64,000 bases of DNA, taken from Heterodontus francisci. Lineage: Eukaryota. Under the pieces are notes generated by a model, which was not told the origin of the DNA, made no database searches, and worked only from the letters and a program-made list of their open reading frames with translations. Location of the stretch: assembly GCF_036365525.1 (NCBI RefSeq), contig NC_090381.1, positions 88,591,257-88,655,256 of the forward strand. Direction: 5' to 3'. Position numbers and translations under genes: made by a program. Each line of letters starts with the position of its first letter. The stretch's first letter is position 1. This document shows, in pieces, positions 11,885-23,648 of this stretch.

Positions 11885-12082
11885 CCCTCTGTCTTCCTGA
11901 GCATTTTCAATTTTGTTCAGCACATACTTGTATCCTCCTAGCTGGTCAGCGTTGATGTGTTCCACGGCCAGTTCTGCTGCATCCACTATCCGCAGCACAT
12001 TGCAGGAAAGGGCTCTGTAGGAGGCTGCAAGTGAGGGTTGGAAGAATTGAATGCTGACCACAAGCACAATCAACAGCTTCAT
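11885..12082 (-). CDS. Fetuin paralog exon 1
   Basis: agcATG; MKLLIVLVVSIQFFQPSLAASYRALSCNVLRIVDAAELAVEHINADQLGGYKYVLNKIENAQEDRG|gtgagt. Confidence 0.93.
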
Positions 12083-12149
12083 GCTGTGTGAGAATTGTAA
12101 TAATGGAGTTGTACTGAGTTTGAGAGATACCACAACTAGTATCTTGAAT

Positions 12150-12400
12150 ATCTCACACCAGCAATGACAAAAGTGTCTTCACGCAGCAGGGTAAATGCCA
12201 ATTGTTTCCCTTCTGGTCTAAATACTGTCTGATTTGAGACCACAAATTTGACCATGGGAAAAATAAACACGTCAAAAACAAATATAAAAATTGATGATCA
12301 ATGACACAGCAACTTCTAAAACAAAGGTCATTTGAAGCATACATACATACAGATCATTGCAGAGTTAAACAGCTTAACATGAGGGTAAATAAATGAAAAA
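12150..12400 (-). promoter_or_regulatory. Putative liver-type proximal promoter of the fetuin paralog
   Basis: TATTTA-like box near 12219-12224 (minus); forkhead-type sites AATAAACA (12262-12269), AAACAAATA (12276-12284), GTAAATAAA (about 12385); CAAAGGTCA HNF4/nuclear-receptor-type site 12322-12330. Motif matches only. Confidence 0.4.
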
Positions 12401-12539
12401 TAATGCAAATACTAATAATCTAAAATAAAAGTAGAAAATACTGAGAATGGACAACCTGATCATCAGCACCTGAAAAGAGAAAAAAGTGTGGCCGCAATTA
12501 TCGGAACTATTTTAATTTTCATTATATAGAATGACAAAG

Positions 12540-13370
12540 TCCACAGAATTAGGCCCTTCACCTAATTTGCCTGGTTTTTGCTGGTGTTCATATTCCACAT
12601 GTGCGTCCTCCCACTCTAATTATCTCTTTCCCATCCTGCGCCTGTATCCCTCTATTGAGTTCCGAAGAAGGGTCACTGACCCGAAACGTTAACTCTGCTT
12701 CTCTTACCACAGATGCTGCCAGACCTGCTGAGTGCTTCCAGCATTTCTTGTTTTTATTTCAGATTTCCAGCATCCGCAGTATTTTGTTTTTATTATCCCT
12801 CTATTCTGTTCTATTTCATCTATGCATCAAGCCTCCCCTGAAATGCTTCAATGAAATTTGCTTCAGCCATTTCATGTGGTGGCAAGTTCTACATTCTCAC
12901 CACTGTCTGTAAAGAAATTGCTCCTTTTTTTTTACTTTATAGTAGCTTTCTTATATTAAATTTTATCTGTACTCACCCACAATGGTAACAGTTTATCGAT
13001 GTTCAACTTTTCAAACTCCAACTTAATTTTAAAGACCTCGATCAGGTCTTCTGTTTTCCATGGAAAAGTTCCTCAGCCTGCTCAATCTCTCCTAACAGTT
13101 GAATCCTCGCAATACTGGTAACATCCTTGGAAATCTTTTCTGCATTTTCTTCCATAGTTTAATATCCTGTTTATAGAATGGAGACCGAGCAGTGCACAGT
13201 ACTCCAAAGTTCTAACCAAAATTCTCTGTGAATCTGCTTTTGTAATCCATTCCGTTAAAATGAACCATTGTACTTTAAACTCTTAACAGCCTTACCAACA
13301 TGTGTTGCTACTTGTAGCAATTTATGTCTCTGTATTTCCAGATCTCTTTGCCTCTGGATGCCATTTAGCT
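12540..13370 (-). mobile_element. Old CR1 3' fragment (host of the 137-bp Penelope insert)
   Basis: ctggtaacatccttggaaatcttttctgca..ggagacc..gtgcacagtactccaa pattern homologous to 3970-4070. Confidence 0.6.
12657..12793 (+). mobile_element. 137-bp Penelope-like terminal repeat insertion containing a hammerhead-like motif
   Basis: Exact 12-bp TSD TATCCCTCTATT at 12645-12656 and 12794-12805; GAGTT-CCGAAGA-AGGGTC-act-GACCC-GAAA-CG-TT-AACTC. Confidence 0.85.
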
Positions 13371-13972
13371 TCTTACCACTGAAAAATGGGAAGTTACGCA
13401 GCAGGCTACTTTCATAGAATTCCTAGCAGTTGGTTTCAAAGCAGAATTTAGGAGGCTTACCGACTTGTCTTTTAGGCCTGGAATTATGTAAGATATAAGG
13501 AGGTCCAAGCCAGGAGAAAGTGAACCAAATACCCAAAGGTGACTCTCCCCCTCAAAATAAAAATGCTTCAAATGTCTCAAAGGAGGACAAGGAAATAAAA
13601 AAAATTGTCAGAAATTTGAATGCAGTGGAATCATGCTTCAGCCTCTCTCCTTTAATTGTATAGTACCCTTAATTGTTTAATGCTTTATTGTGCATCATAT
13701 TTCATGTTCCAATTAACTACACAACACTCTAAAAATTGGGTTTGATCCACTGGAAAATTTGTATGGAGCATATGCATCCTGCTGACCCTTGCAGAGGTAA
13801 TATCCTGTTCCTGGTTTCCCTCCCGCCAAAAAAGGCAAAGTACCTTCAAAGGCAGAATTTAATAGGTGTCCTAATACATGGACCCACACACCTGGCAGCA
13901 CTTGCTTGATTCTTTAAGACCGGTGGCCAGGAAAACCCAGTGAAAAGTGAGTCTTCCTGGCCACGACTGGTC

Positions 13973-16900
13973 TTTTTTTTTAATTCATTCATGGGAATTC
14001 ACTGGCTAGGCCAGCATTTATTGCCCATCCCTAATTGCCCTTGAGAAGGTGGTGGTGGGCTGCCTTCTTGAACCGCTGCAGTCCATGTGGGGTGGGTACA
14101 CCCACAGTGCTGTTAGGAAGGGAGTTCCAGGATTTTGACCCAGCGACAGTGAACGAATGGCGATATAGTTCCAAGTCAGGATGGTGTGTGACTTGGACGG
14201 GAACTTGCAGTGGTGATGTTCCCATGTATTTGCTGCCCTTGTCCTTCTAGTTGGTAGAGGTCGCGGGTTTGGAAGGTGCTGTCTAAGCTCCCTTGGTGCG
14301 TTGCTGCAGTGCATCTTGTAGATGGTACACATTGCTGCCACTGTGCGTCGGTGGTGGAGGGAGTGAATGTTTGTAGATGGGATGCCAATCAAGTGGGCTG
14401 CTTTGTCCTGGATGGTGTCGAGCTTCTTGAATGTTGTTGGAGCTGCACCCATCCAGGCAAGTGGAGAGTATTCCATCACAACTCCTGACTTGTGCCTTGT
14501 AGATGGTGGACAGGCTTTGGGGATGAGTTACTCGCCTCAGGATTCCTAGCCTCTGACCTGCTCTTGTAGCCACGGTATTTATATGGCTACTCCAGTTCAG
14601 TTTCTGGTCAATGGTAGCCCCTAAGATGTTGATAGTGGGGGATTCAGCGATGGTAATGCCGTTGAATGTCAAGGGGAGATGGTTAGATTCTCTCTTGTTG
14701 GAGATGGTCATTGCCTGGCACTTGTGTGGCGCGAATGTTACTTGCCACTTATCAGCCCAAGCCTGGATATTGTCCAGGTCTTGCTACACGGACTACTTCA
14801 GTATCTGAGGAGTCACGAATGGAGCCGAACATTGTGCAATCATCAGCGAACATCCCCACTTCTGACCTTATGATTGAAGAAAGGCCATTGATGAAGCAGC
14901 TGAAGATGGTTGGGCCTAGGAAACTACCCTGAGGAACTCCTGCAGTGATGTCCTGGAGCTCAGATGATTGACCTCCAACAACCAGAACCATCTTCCTTTG
15001 CGGCTAGGTATGACTCCAGCCAACGGAGGGTTTTCCCCCTGATTCTCATTGACCTCAGTTTTGCTAGGGCTCCTTGATGCCATACTTGGTCAAATGCTGC
15101 CTTGATGTCAAGGACAGTCACTCTCACCTCACCTCTTGAGTTCGGCTCTTTTGCCCATGCTTGAACAAAGGCTGTAATGAGGTCAGGAACTGAGTGGCCC
15201 TGGCGGAACCCAGACTGAGCATCACTGAGCAGGTTATTGCTAAGCAAGTGCCGCTTGATGGCACTGTTGATAACACCTTCCAACACTTTATTGATGATTG
15301 AGAGTAGACTGATGGAGCAGTAATTGGCCGGGTTGGACTTGCCCTGCTTTTTGTGTACAGGACATACCTGGGCAATTTTCCACATTGCAGGGTAGATGCC
15401 AGTGTTGTAGCTGTACTGGAATAGCTTGGCTCGGAGCGTGGCTAGTTCTGGAGCACAGGTCTTCAGTACTATTGCCGGAATATTGTCAGAGCCCATAGCT
15501 TTTGCAGTATCCAATGCCTTCAGTCGTTTCTTGATATCACGTGGAGTGAATCGAATTGGCTGAAGTCTGGCATCTGTGATGTTGGAGACTTCAGGAGGAG
15601 GCCGAGATGGATCATCAACTCGGCACTTCTGGCTGAAGATTGTTGCAAATGCTTCAGCCTTATCTTTCGCACTGATGTGCTGGGTTCCCCCATCATTCAG
15701 GATGGGGATATTTGTGGAGCCATCTCCTCCAGTTAGTTGTTTAATTGTCCACCACCATTCACGGCTGGATGTGGCAGGACTGCAGAGGTTAGATCTGATC
15801 CGTTGGTTATTGGTTTGCTTAGCTCTGTCTATCGCATGCTGTTTACACAGTTTGGCATGCAAGTAGTCCTGTGTTGTAGCTTCACCAGGTTGACACCTCA
15901 TTTTGAGGTATGCCTGGTGCTGCTCCTGGCATGCCCTCCTACACTCTTCATTGAACCAGGGGTTGGTCTCCTGGCTTGATGGTAATGGTAGAGTGGGGGA
16001 TATGCCGGGCCGAGGTTACGGATTGTGCTGCTGCTGAGGCCCCACAGCGCCTCATGGATGCCCAGTTTTGCATTGCTAGATCTGTTCGAAATCTATCCCA
16101 TTTAGCACGGTGATAGTGCCACACAACACAATGGACGGTATCCTCAATGTGAAGGCGGGCCTTCGTCTCCACAAGGACTGTGCGGTGGTCACTCCTACCA
16201 ATACTGTCATGGACAGAAGCATCTGCAGCAGGCAGATTGCTGAGGATGAGGTCAAGTATGTTTTTCCCTCTTGTTGGTTCCCCCACCACCTGCCGCAGAC
16301 CCACTCTAGCAGCTATGTCCTTTAGGACTCGGCCAGCTCGGTCAGTAGTGGTGCTACCGAGCCACTCTTGGTGATGGACACTGAAGTCCCCCACCCAGAG
16401 TACATTTTGTGCTCTTGCCACCCTCAATGCTTCCTCCCAGTGGTGTTCAACATGGAGGAATACTGAGTCAGCAGCTGAGGGAGGGCGGTAGGTAGTAATC
16501 AGTAAGAGGTTACCTCGCCCATGTTTGTTCTGATGCCATGAGACTTCATGGGGTCCAGATTCGATGTTGAGGACTCTCAGGACAACTCCCTCCCTACTGT
16601 ATACCACTGTGCCACCACCTCTGCTGGGTCTGTCCTGCCGGTGGGACAGGACATACCCGGGGATGGTGATGGCAGTGTCTGGGACATTGTCTGTAAGGTA
16701 TGATTCCGTGAGTATGACTATGTCAGGCTGTTGCTTGACTATTCTGTGGGACAGCTCTCCCAACTTTGGCACGAGCCCCCAGACATTAGTAAGGAGGACT
16801 TTGCAGGGTCGACAGGGCTGGGTTTGCCGTTGTCGTTTCCGGTGCCTAGGTCGATGACGGGTGGTCTGTCTGGTTTCATTCCTTTTTATTGACTTTGTAG

Positions 16901-17232
16901 CGGTTGGGTACAACTGAGTGGCTTGCTAGGCCATTTCAGAGGGCAGGTAAGAGTTAACCACATTGTTGTGGGTCTGGTGTCACATGTAGGCCAGACCAGG
17001 TATGGACAGCAGATTTCCTTCCCTAAAGGACATTAGTGAATCAGATGGGTTTTTACAACAATCGACAATGGTTTCATGGCCATCATTAGACTAGCTTTTA
17101 ATTCCAGATTTATTAATTAAATTCAAATTCCACCTTCTGCTGTTGTGTGATTCGAACCCATGTCCCCAGAGAAATACCCTGGGTCTCTGGGTTACTAGTC
17201 CAGTGATAATACCACTACGCCACTGCCTACCC
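13973..17232 (-). mobile_element. Apparently full-length HER1-type LINE (CR1/L2 group) with tRNA-derived 5' head; single APE-RT ORF broken by frameshifts
   Basis: APE: LLTNVWGL..ILTESYL..GGGT..YRPP..GDF..SDH (15948..16913); RT: NYCSISLLS..DIKAAFDQV (14960..15901), PQGSFLGP..FADD (14752..14991); C-terminus KKAAHHHLLKGN; tail cccatgaatgaat+poly(A); head with A and B boxes. Confidence 0.92.
17149..17222 (-). promoter_or_regulatory. RNA polymerase III type 2 internal promoter (A box and B box) at the LINE 5' end
   Basis: A box TGGCGTAGTGG (17222-17212) and B box GGTTCGAATC (17158-17149) on the minus strand. Confidence 0.8.
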
Positions 17233-17674
17233 TTAATGATTACTCTGGGATTGCCAACCGCTTCATGAGATCCCCGCAATGATAGCGAGACAGTAGCTCA
17301 CAAGAAATGAAAATAAAAGCAGTTTAAGGTCAAAAATTGGATCTATTTTGCCCTCTTCCTCCATTAAGAAAATGGATACAAGTATTCATTTTACAAGTTT
17401 TTTACATTTCGTTAACATCTATTATAGTCTTGTGTGTATGTCTTCAGTGGGTCCACAGTCCCTTTTTCCACACTCTCTTAATGTATTTATAAAAGCTTTT
17501 GATGTTAGTTTCGATATCCCTTGCAAGTTTTTTTTTCTTATTCCTTTGTGCACCTCATTACTTTCTTTATCACAGCAAAAGAGGTGACGGGGCTGAATTC
17601 ATCTGTTTGAACCAGGTGTGAGCTGCACATTAGCTGATATTGCAGTGCTAGCCAGGAGTGAGACACAAGCAAAT

Positions 17675-17885
17675 TTTTTTTCTGTTCTTTCATGGAATGT
17701 GGGCATCACTGGCAGGCCAGCATTTGTTGCTCATCCCTAATTGCCCTTGAACTGAATAGCTGGCTTGGCATTTCAGAGGGAAATTAAGAGTCCACCTTAT
17801 TGCTGTGGGTCTGGAGGCCAGACAAGGTAAGGATGGCAGATTTCCTTCCCTCAAGGACATTAGTGAACCAGATTGGTTTTATGTT
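17675..17885 (-). mobile_element. HE1-type SINE, 5'-truncated (body + HER1 tail)
   Basis: Body homologous to 16915-17060 joined directly to the last ~60 nt of the LINE (caagggcaattagggatg..cccacattccatgaa + A-rich tail). Confidence 0.8.
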
Positions 17886-18544
17886 ACAAGTTAGTTGCTA
17901 GTGTCCTCACTGCAGATAACAAAGCTCATTGCTAGTAACAAAATGGCAATGCCAGTATGGGGATGAGCATCTTGACTAGCAGCTTAGTGTTTGGCTGATT
18001 TTCAAACACTCTTTTAATTTCTCTATCTCGCATGCCAGTCAGTCAGCTTACCTGATAAATGAAAGCACAGTTGCACATGCAAAGAGTCTGAAATTCTCCC
18101 CTTTTTAATTCTAAATAAAGCAGCTTTGAGTTGCATGAAATCTGTACCAGTGACTGTAGCTTCTGACTCGCTAATCTCATGCAGCCAGCAGCAACTCCAA
18201 AGTGTACTCACCAGATTTAACAAGGCTGGTCACCAGGAAGACCCAGTAAATTAAAAAAAAACAGGACACTCTGATTGTCAGTCCTTGTGAATCTGGCAAG
18301 TTTACTTTTGAGTTGCTATGAGACTAATTTGCCATCATAATAAGAGGTTGGTGGGAAGGGTATGGCGGGGCAGGGTGGGTTGAGGGGCGGCGTGTTGCAG
18401 GAGGTCCTGCTGAATTTAGCAGCAAGACCTGAAGTTTTTTTTAAATGTTCTGTTTTCCAGCCTCAGCCAGCCAGATTGAAGACTGCTGGCTGTCAGGTGA
18501 GTCTGCCTGCGGCTCCAGACAACTAACCCTATCTGGTAAACTAG

Positions 18545-20762
18545 TCTTGCAGGGGGGTGGGACCTAAAGTAGCAGTCTCTCAGATGAGATAGTTGAGGCA
18601 AATGTAGAGGTTAAAGCAAGCAAGTCCAGTAGGCAGGCCAGGCAGGGGCAGGACAGGGAGCGTGGAAGGTCTGGTAGGCTAAACGGCATTTACTTTAATG
18701 CAAGAAGACTTACAGGTAAGGCAGATGAACTCAGAGCATGGATCGGTACATGGGATTGTGATATTATAGCTATTACGGAAACGTGGTTGAGGGATGGGCA
18801 GGACTGGCAGCTCAATGTTCCGGGGTACTGATCCTTCTGGCATGACAGGGGTGGAGGTAAGAGAGGAGGGGGAGTTGCACTATTGATTGGGGAGGACATC
18901 ACAGCAGTACTTAGAGAGGATATTCCAGGGGGAATGTCCAGCAAGGCCATATGGGTACAACTTAGAAATAAGAAAGGGGTGATCATTTTGATGGGATTAT
19001 ACTATAGGCCCCCCAGTAGTCAGAGGGAACTGGAGGAGCATATATGTAGGGAAATCACAGACAGGTGTAGGAATTATAGGGTTGTAATAGTAGGTGATTT
19101 TAACTTCCCTAATATTGACTGGGACTGCCTTAGTGCTAAGGGATCAGATGGGGAAGAATTTGTTAAGTGTGTCCAGGATAGTTTTCTGAAGTAGTATGTG
19201 GATGGCCCTACTAGAGAAGGGGCTACACTCGACCTCCTCTTAGGAAATGAGGATGGGCAGGTGGTTGATGTGTGTGGGGGGGAGCACTTTGGGACCAGTG
19301 ACCATAACTCTATCAGCTTCGAGATAGTTATGGAAAAGGATAGGACTGGTTCTCAGGTTGAAGTCCTAAATTGGGGGAAGGCTAATTTCAATGGCATCAG
19401 ATAGGAACTCTCGAAAGTTGAATGGGAGAGGCTGTTTACAGGTAAAGAGATGTCTGGCAAGTGGGAGGCTTTTAAAAGTGAGATAGGAAGAGTTCAGGGT
19501 CGGCATGTTCCTGTTAGATGGAAGGGCAAGGCTGGCAAGTTTAGGGAACCTTGGTTGACGAGGGATATTGAGGGTCTGGTCAGGACAAAGAAGGAGGCAT
19601 ACGTCAGGTATAGGCAGCTGGGATCAAGCGAGTCCCTCGAGGAGTATAGGGGATGTAGGACTACACTTAAGAAGGAAATTAGGAGGGCGAAAAGGGGCCA
19701 TGAGATTTCCCTGGCAGATAAGATAAAGGAGAATCCAGAAGATTCTGTAAGTATATTAAGAGTAAAAGGGTAGCTAGGGAGAGAGTAGGTCCCCTTAAGG
19801 ATCAGTGTGGCAATCTATGTGTGGTGCTACAGGAAATGGGCGAGATCTTAAATGAATATTTCTCATCCGTATTTACTGTGGAGAAAGTCATGGAAGCTAG
19901 TGAGTTCAAGGGAGGGAACAGCGATATCCTGGAGCATATCAACATTACAAAGGAGGAGGTGTTGGAGGTTTTGAAGGGCATTAAGGTGGATAAATCCCCA
20001 GGGCCTGACCAGGTGTATCCTAGGATGCTATGGGAAGCAAGGGAGGAGATTGCTGGGGCCCTGGCAGAGATTTTTGTATCATCGTTAGCCACGGGTGAGG
20101 TGTCGGAAGACTGGAGGATAGCTAATATTGTGCCTTTATTTAAGAAGGGCAGCAGGGATAAGCCAGGGAACTACAGGCTGGTGAGCCTTACATCAGTGGT
20201 GGGAAAGTTATTGGAAGGGATTCTGAAAGACAGGATTTATGTGCATCTGGAAAGGCATGATCTGTTTAGGGATAGTCAGCATGGCTTTGTGCGTGGGAAA
20301 CCATGTCTCACAAATTTGATTGAGTTTTTCGAGGAGGTGACCAAGAGGATTGACGAGGGCGGGGCGATGGACGTTATCTACATGGACTTTAGCAAGGCCT
20401 TTGACAAGGTCCCGCGTGGTAGGCTGGTCCAGAAGGTTCGAACACATGGGATCCAGGGTGAGCTAGCAAATTGGATACAAAATTGGCTTGGTGAGAGGAG
20501 GCAGAGGGTGGTCGTGGAGGGTTGTTTTTCTGATTGGAGGCCGGTAACCAGTGGTGTGCCGCAGGGATCGGTGCTGGGCCCTCTGTTGTTTGTCATATAT
20601 ATTAATAACTTGGATCTGAATGTAAGGGGCATGATTTGCAGATGACACCAAAATTAGTGGACAGTGAAGAAGGTTGTCTAAGGTTACAACAGGATATAGA
20701 TCAACTGGGAAAGTGGGCAAAGGAATGGCAAATGGAATTTAACACAGACAAGTGTGAAGTGA
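18545..20762 (+). mobile_element. CR1 LINE ORF2 (APE + most of RT) with stops/frameshifts; lacks its 3' end
   Basis: [51 protein letters not shown]; stops abruptly after WQMEFNTDKCEV. Confidence 0.93.
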
Positions 20763-21280
20763 GGCTGCGGTGCTAACTGTGTCGCCCAAATAATTCTTTG
20801 CAAATAATTTTTTTAAATTCTATTATTAAATGTATTCTTGTTATGTAATAAAAGCACAAAATTCCGGACTGTTGTTTTGAAAAAAAAGCTACTGAATGCA
20901 GAGCTATAAAAAGATCAATGACCTCACATGAGTGGACAAGGTCGGTGAATACATCAATGCATCAGCCTCCTACACTGCTTCAATTCCCTTCCCCCACCCC
21001 ACGCACCTCCTTCACTCACCTCCCAACAGTCTGTATCAAGCATGACTCAATACTAACCTTCATTCTTCCCTCACCCTCACCTACTTAGCACTGCTGCAAG
21101 CGTCACACTCACATCTCACAACCTGCACACACCGCCAGCTATTCAACTGTGGCAGACATATCAGCCAAACACATTGCAGCACGCTCACTGACACAATTTT
21201 CTCACTGTCTTGCAGGATGAGAATACCCGTAATCGGAGGCATCAGCTCTGAACTGGCAGGGGACAGGCACAGCTGCGTAA

Positions 21281-21622
21281 AGGCCTGCCACCCGACCTGA
21301 ACCCAACGTGACCCGACAACATGTGTCAGGTTCGGGTCGGGTCGAGCCCCTCTTCAGGGTCCAGCTTTCAGTCTCGGGTCGGGTCAGGCTGAGTCCGGAT
21401 AGGGCCGGGTTCGGGTCGGGCTGGACACACACGGTAAGTGCTCTGCCAGTAAGTATTGAAATTTAAAAAACTTACCTGAGCTGGGAGTCCGGGGCTAATC
21501 TGTGTCTGCGCAGTGAGCGAGTGACATCATCACGCATGTGCTGCAGCTTCCTGGAGGTTCCAAGTCGGAAGGTAAGTAAAGGGATGGTCGGGTCGGGCTC
21601 GGGTCGGGTCGAGTCAGGACCT
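21281..21622. mobile_element. Non-autonomous DNA element rich in GGGTC/GACCC subterminal repeats
   Basis: aggcctgccacccgacctgaaccc at left, many cgggtcgggtc repeats at right; interrupts the Harbinger Myb-like gene. Confidence 0.6.
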
Positions 21623-21828
21623 TTTGCCTTTATCCTTTCAGATACACATGAATTGCAGCGTAGTCAATGTAGGAGCCTGAAGTGCAAGAACAACAAGAGA
21701 CTGAGGAAGAAGAAGCACGGTCACTCAATCTCACACTCGCAGCCAGCAGTTCAGAAACTAGCATTGCATGAACTTTAGAGTATAGCAGGAGGTGGGATCT
21801 GCATATGGTGAGTCACTGGGCATGAGTA

Positions 21829-22100
21829 TTTTTTATTTATTCGTGGGATGTGGGCGTCACAGGCTAGGCCAGCATTTATTGTCCAACTCTAATTGCCCTT
21901 GAGAAGGTGGTGGTGAGCTGCCTTCCTGAACCGCTGCAGTTCATGTGGGGTAGATATGCCCACTGTGCTGTTAGGAATGGAGTTCCAGGATTTTGACCCA
22001 GTGACAGTGAAGGAACGGTGATGTAGTTCCAAGTCAGGATGGTGTGTGGCTTGTGGTGGGGGGGGGAACTTGCAGTTGGTAGTGTTCCCATGCATTTGGC
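21829..22100 (-). mobile_element. HER1-type LINE 3' fragment
   Basis: Homologous to 13975-14230 (HHPDLEL..KAAHHHLLKGN). Confidence 0.85.
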
Positions 22101-22654
22101 CTGCAGCCAGGGCAGGGGGAAAGGATAGTGTGTGTCCCAGCTCTCCAAGGGTGAGGCTGCATACAGGTTCTGCTGCAAAGGACTCAGATGAGGAGTTCGA
22201 TGGGGCAGTGCACAGAAAAAGGCTGAAAGGCATGCACACAGAAATGCTTAATGCATTGGCTGGCCTGCTAGAAAGCCTGATGTCGCTGTCAAGAAGCATG
22301 GAGCAGTCCGGCTCGAACCTCGCACAAGGCTTTGCACAGAGCTTGGAGCCCATCCTTTCCAGCATGTAAGTGGTGGCCACCTCCATGAGAATACTTGCAG
22401 GCCTGAGAATATTATAGCACCTGATGGCCAATGGTTCAGCTTCCATTTCAGTACAGTTAGAAGTCACCCAACCCCAGCTTAGAGAGGTACAGAAAGTGCA
22501 GGGGTGAAATTTAAAAGGAAATTATGAAAGCAAAGAGTGGGCATGAATAAATATTGGCAAGTCCATAGCAGAGGAATGCTAAGGTGTGGGACTGTTGTAC
22601 ATTGGGGATTTGGTGTTGTGCTCAAAGGAACTGTAGTCAAATGAGGCACCATTT

Positions 22655-23015
22655 ACCATCTACAAGATGCACTGCAGCAACGCACCAAGACTCCTTAGAC
22701 AGCACTTTTCAAACCCGCGACCTCGACCACCTAGAAGGACAAGGGCAGCAAATGCCTGGGAACACCACCACCTGCAAGTTCCCCTCCAAGTCACACACCA
22801 TCCTGACTTGGAACTATATTGCCGTTCCTTCACTATTGCTGGGTCAACATCCTGGAACTTCCTTCCGAACAGAACTGTGGGTGTACCTACCCCACATGGA
22901 CTGCAGTAGTTCAAGAAGGCAGCTCACCACCACCTTCTCAAGGGCAATTAGGGATGGGTAATAAATGCTGGCCTAGCCAGCGGTGCCCACATCCCATGAA
23001 TGAATTTTTAAAAAA
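22655..23015 (+). mobile_element. HER1-type LINE 3' fragment
   Basis: TIYKMHCSNAPRLLRQH..HHPDLELY.. ending cccacatcccatgaatgaat. Confidence 0.88.
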
Positions 23016-23648
23016 TCACGGATAGCCAGGCTGGAACAGGGATATGCTGGCTGCCTCCTCCCCCTTCCTGCTGCTCCTCCTACTACTGCTTCTCCTTCTG
23101 TCCATCTTCCTCCTCCTCCTCCTCAACTGTGGCAAGAGCTGTGCCCTCATGATGACCAGGTTGTGGAGGATACAGCACATTCCGAATCGGAATACACATT
23201 CTGGTGCGCGCTGCAAGGCAGAGCAGTCTAGTCACCAGAACTGTTGATTCAACACCCCAATGGTCTGCTGTAAGATGTTCCATGTGGCAGCATGGCTCTC
23301 ATTGTATGCACGCTGTCCACATATGGTTGGGTTGCAGAGTGAAGTCATGAACCAGGTGTAAAGCAGATAGCCCTTGTCACCCAGCAGCCACCTCTGGGTT
23401 GATGCAATGGTTCAAATACTGAGGGAGCAATGAACTAATGCAGAATGAAAACATCATTGCTGCTACCAGGATAGCGGGCATTCACCAGCATGCCATACTG
23501 AGCAGGGTCGCACGTTAATTGTACTTTGAGTGAGTGGTAATCTTTGAGGTTGCAATCCATCACAGCATTGAGTTGCAGCACCTGCAAAACCACATGTGTG
23601 CAGTCAATGGCACCCTGCACCATGGGGAAGCCCGCTATCCCTGGCAAA

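Larger units (their letters stand above)
236..12082 (-). other. Gene span: second fetuin-family (type 3 cystatin) gene, 7 coding exons, 1062 nt CDS, 353 aa
   Basis: Exons of 198,111,88,167,111,87,300 nt with the same phases as the upstream paralog; 12 conserved Cys; terminal CPGRARHF resembles the fetuin-A C-terminus; ASSQVVAG loop in domain 2. I cannot choose between AHSG-, FETUB- or HRG-like without a phylogeny. Confidence 0.88.

Noticed and set aside
17149-17230. Functional tRNA gene
   Set aside because: A and B boxes are present but spacing is extended, there is no acceptor-stem closure or T-run terminator, and it is continuous with a repeat body.
13955-17250. Target-site duplication around the full-length HER1-type LINE
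   Set aside because: Best candidate flanks (acgactggtc / atgattactc) match only 6 of 10, so no TSD is claimed; this weakens the proof that head and ORF inserted as one unit.
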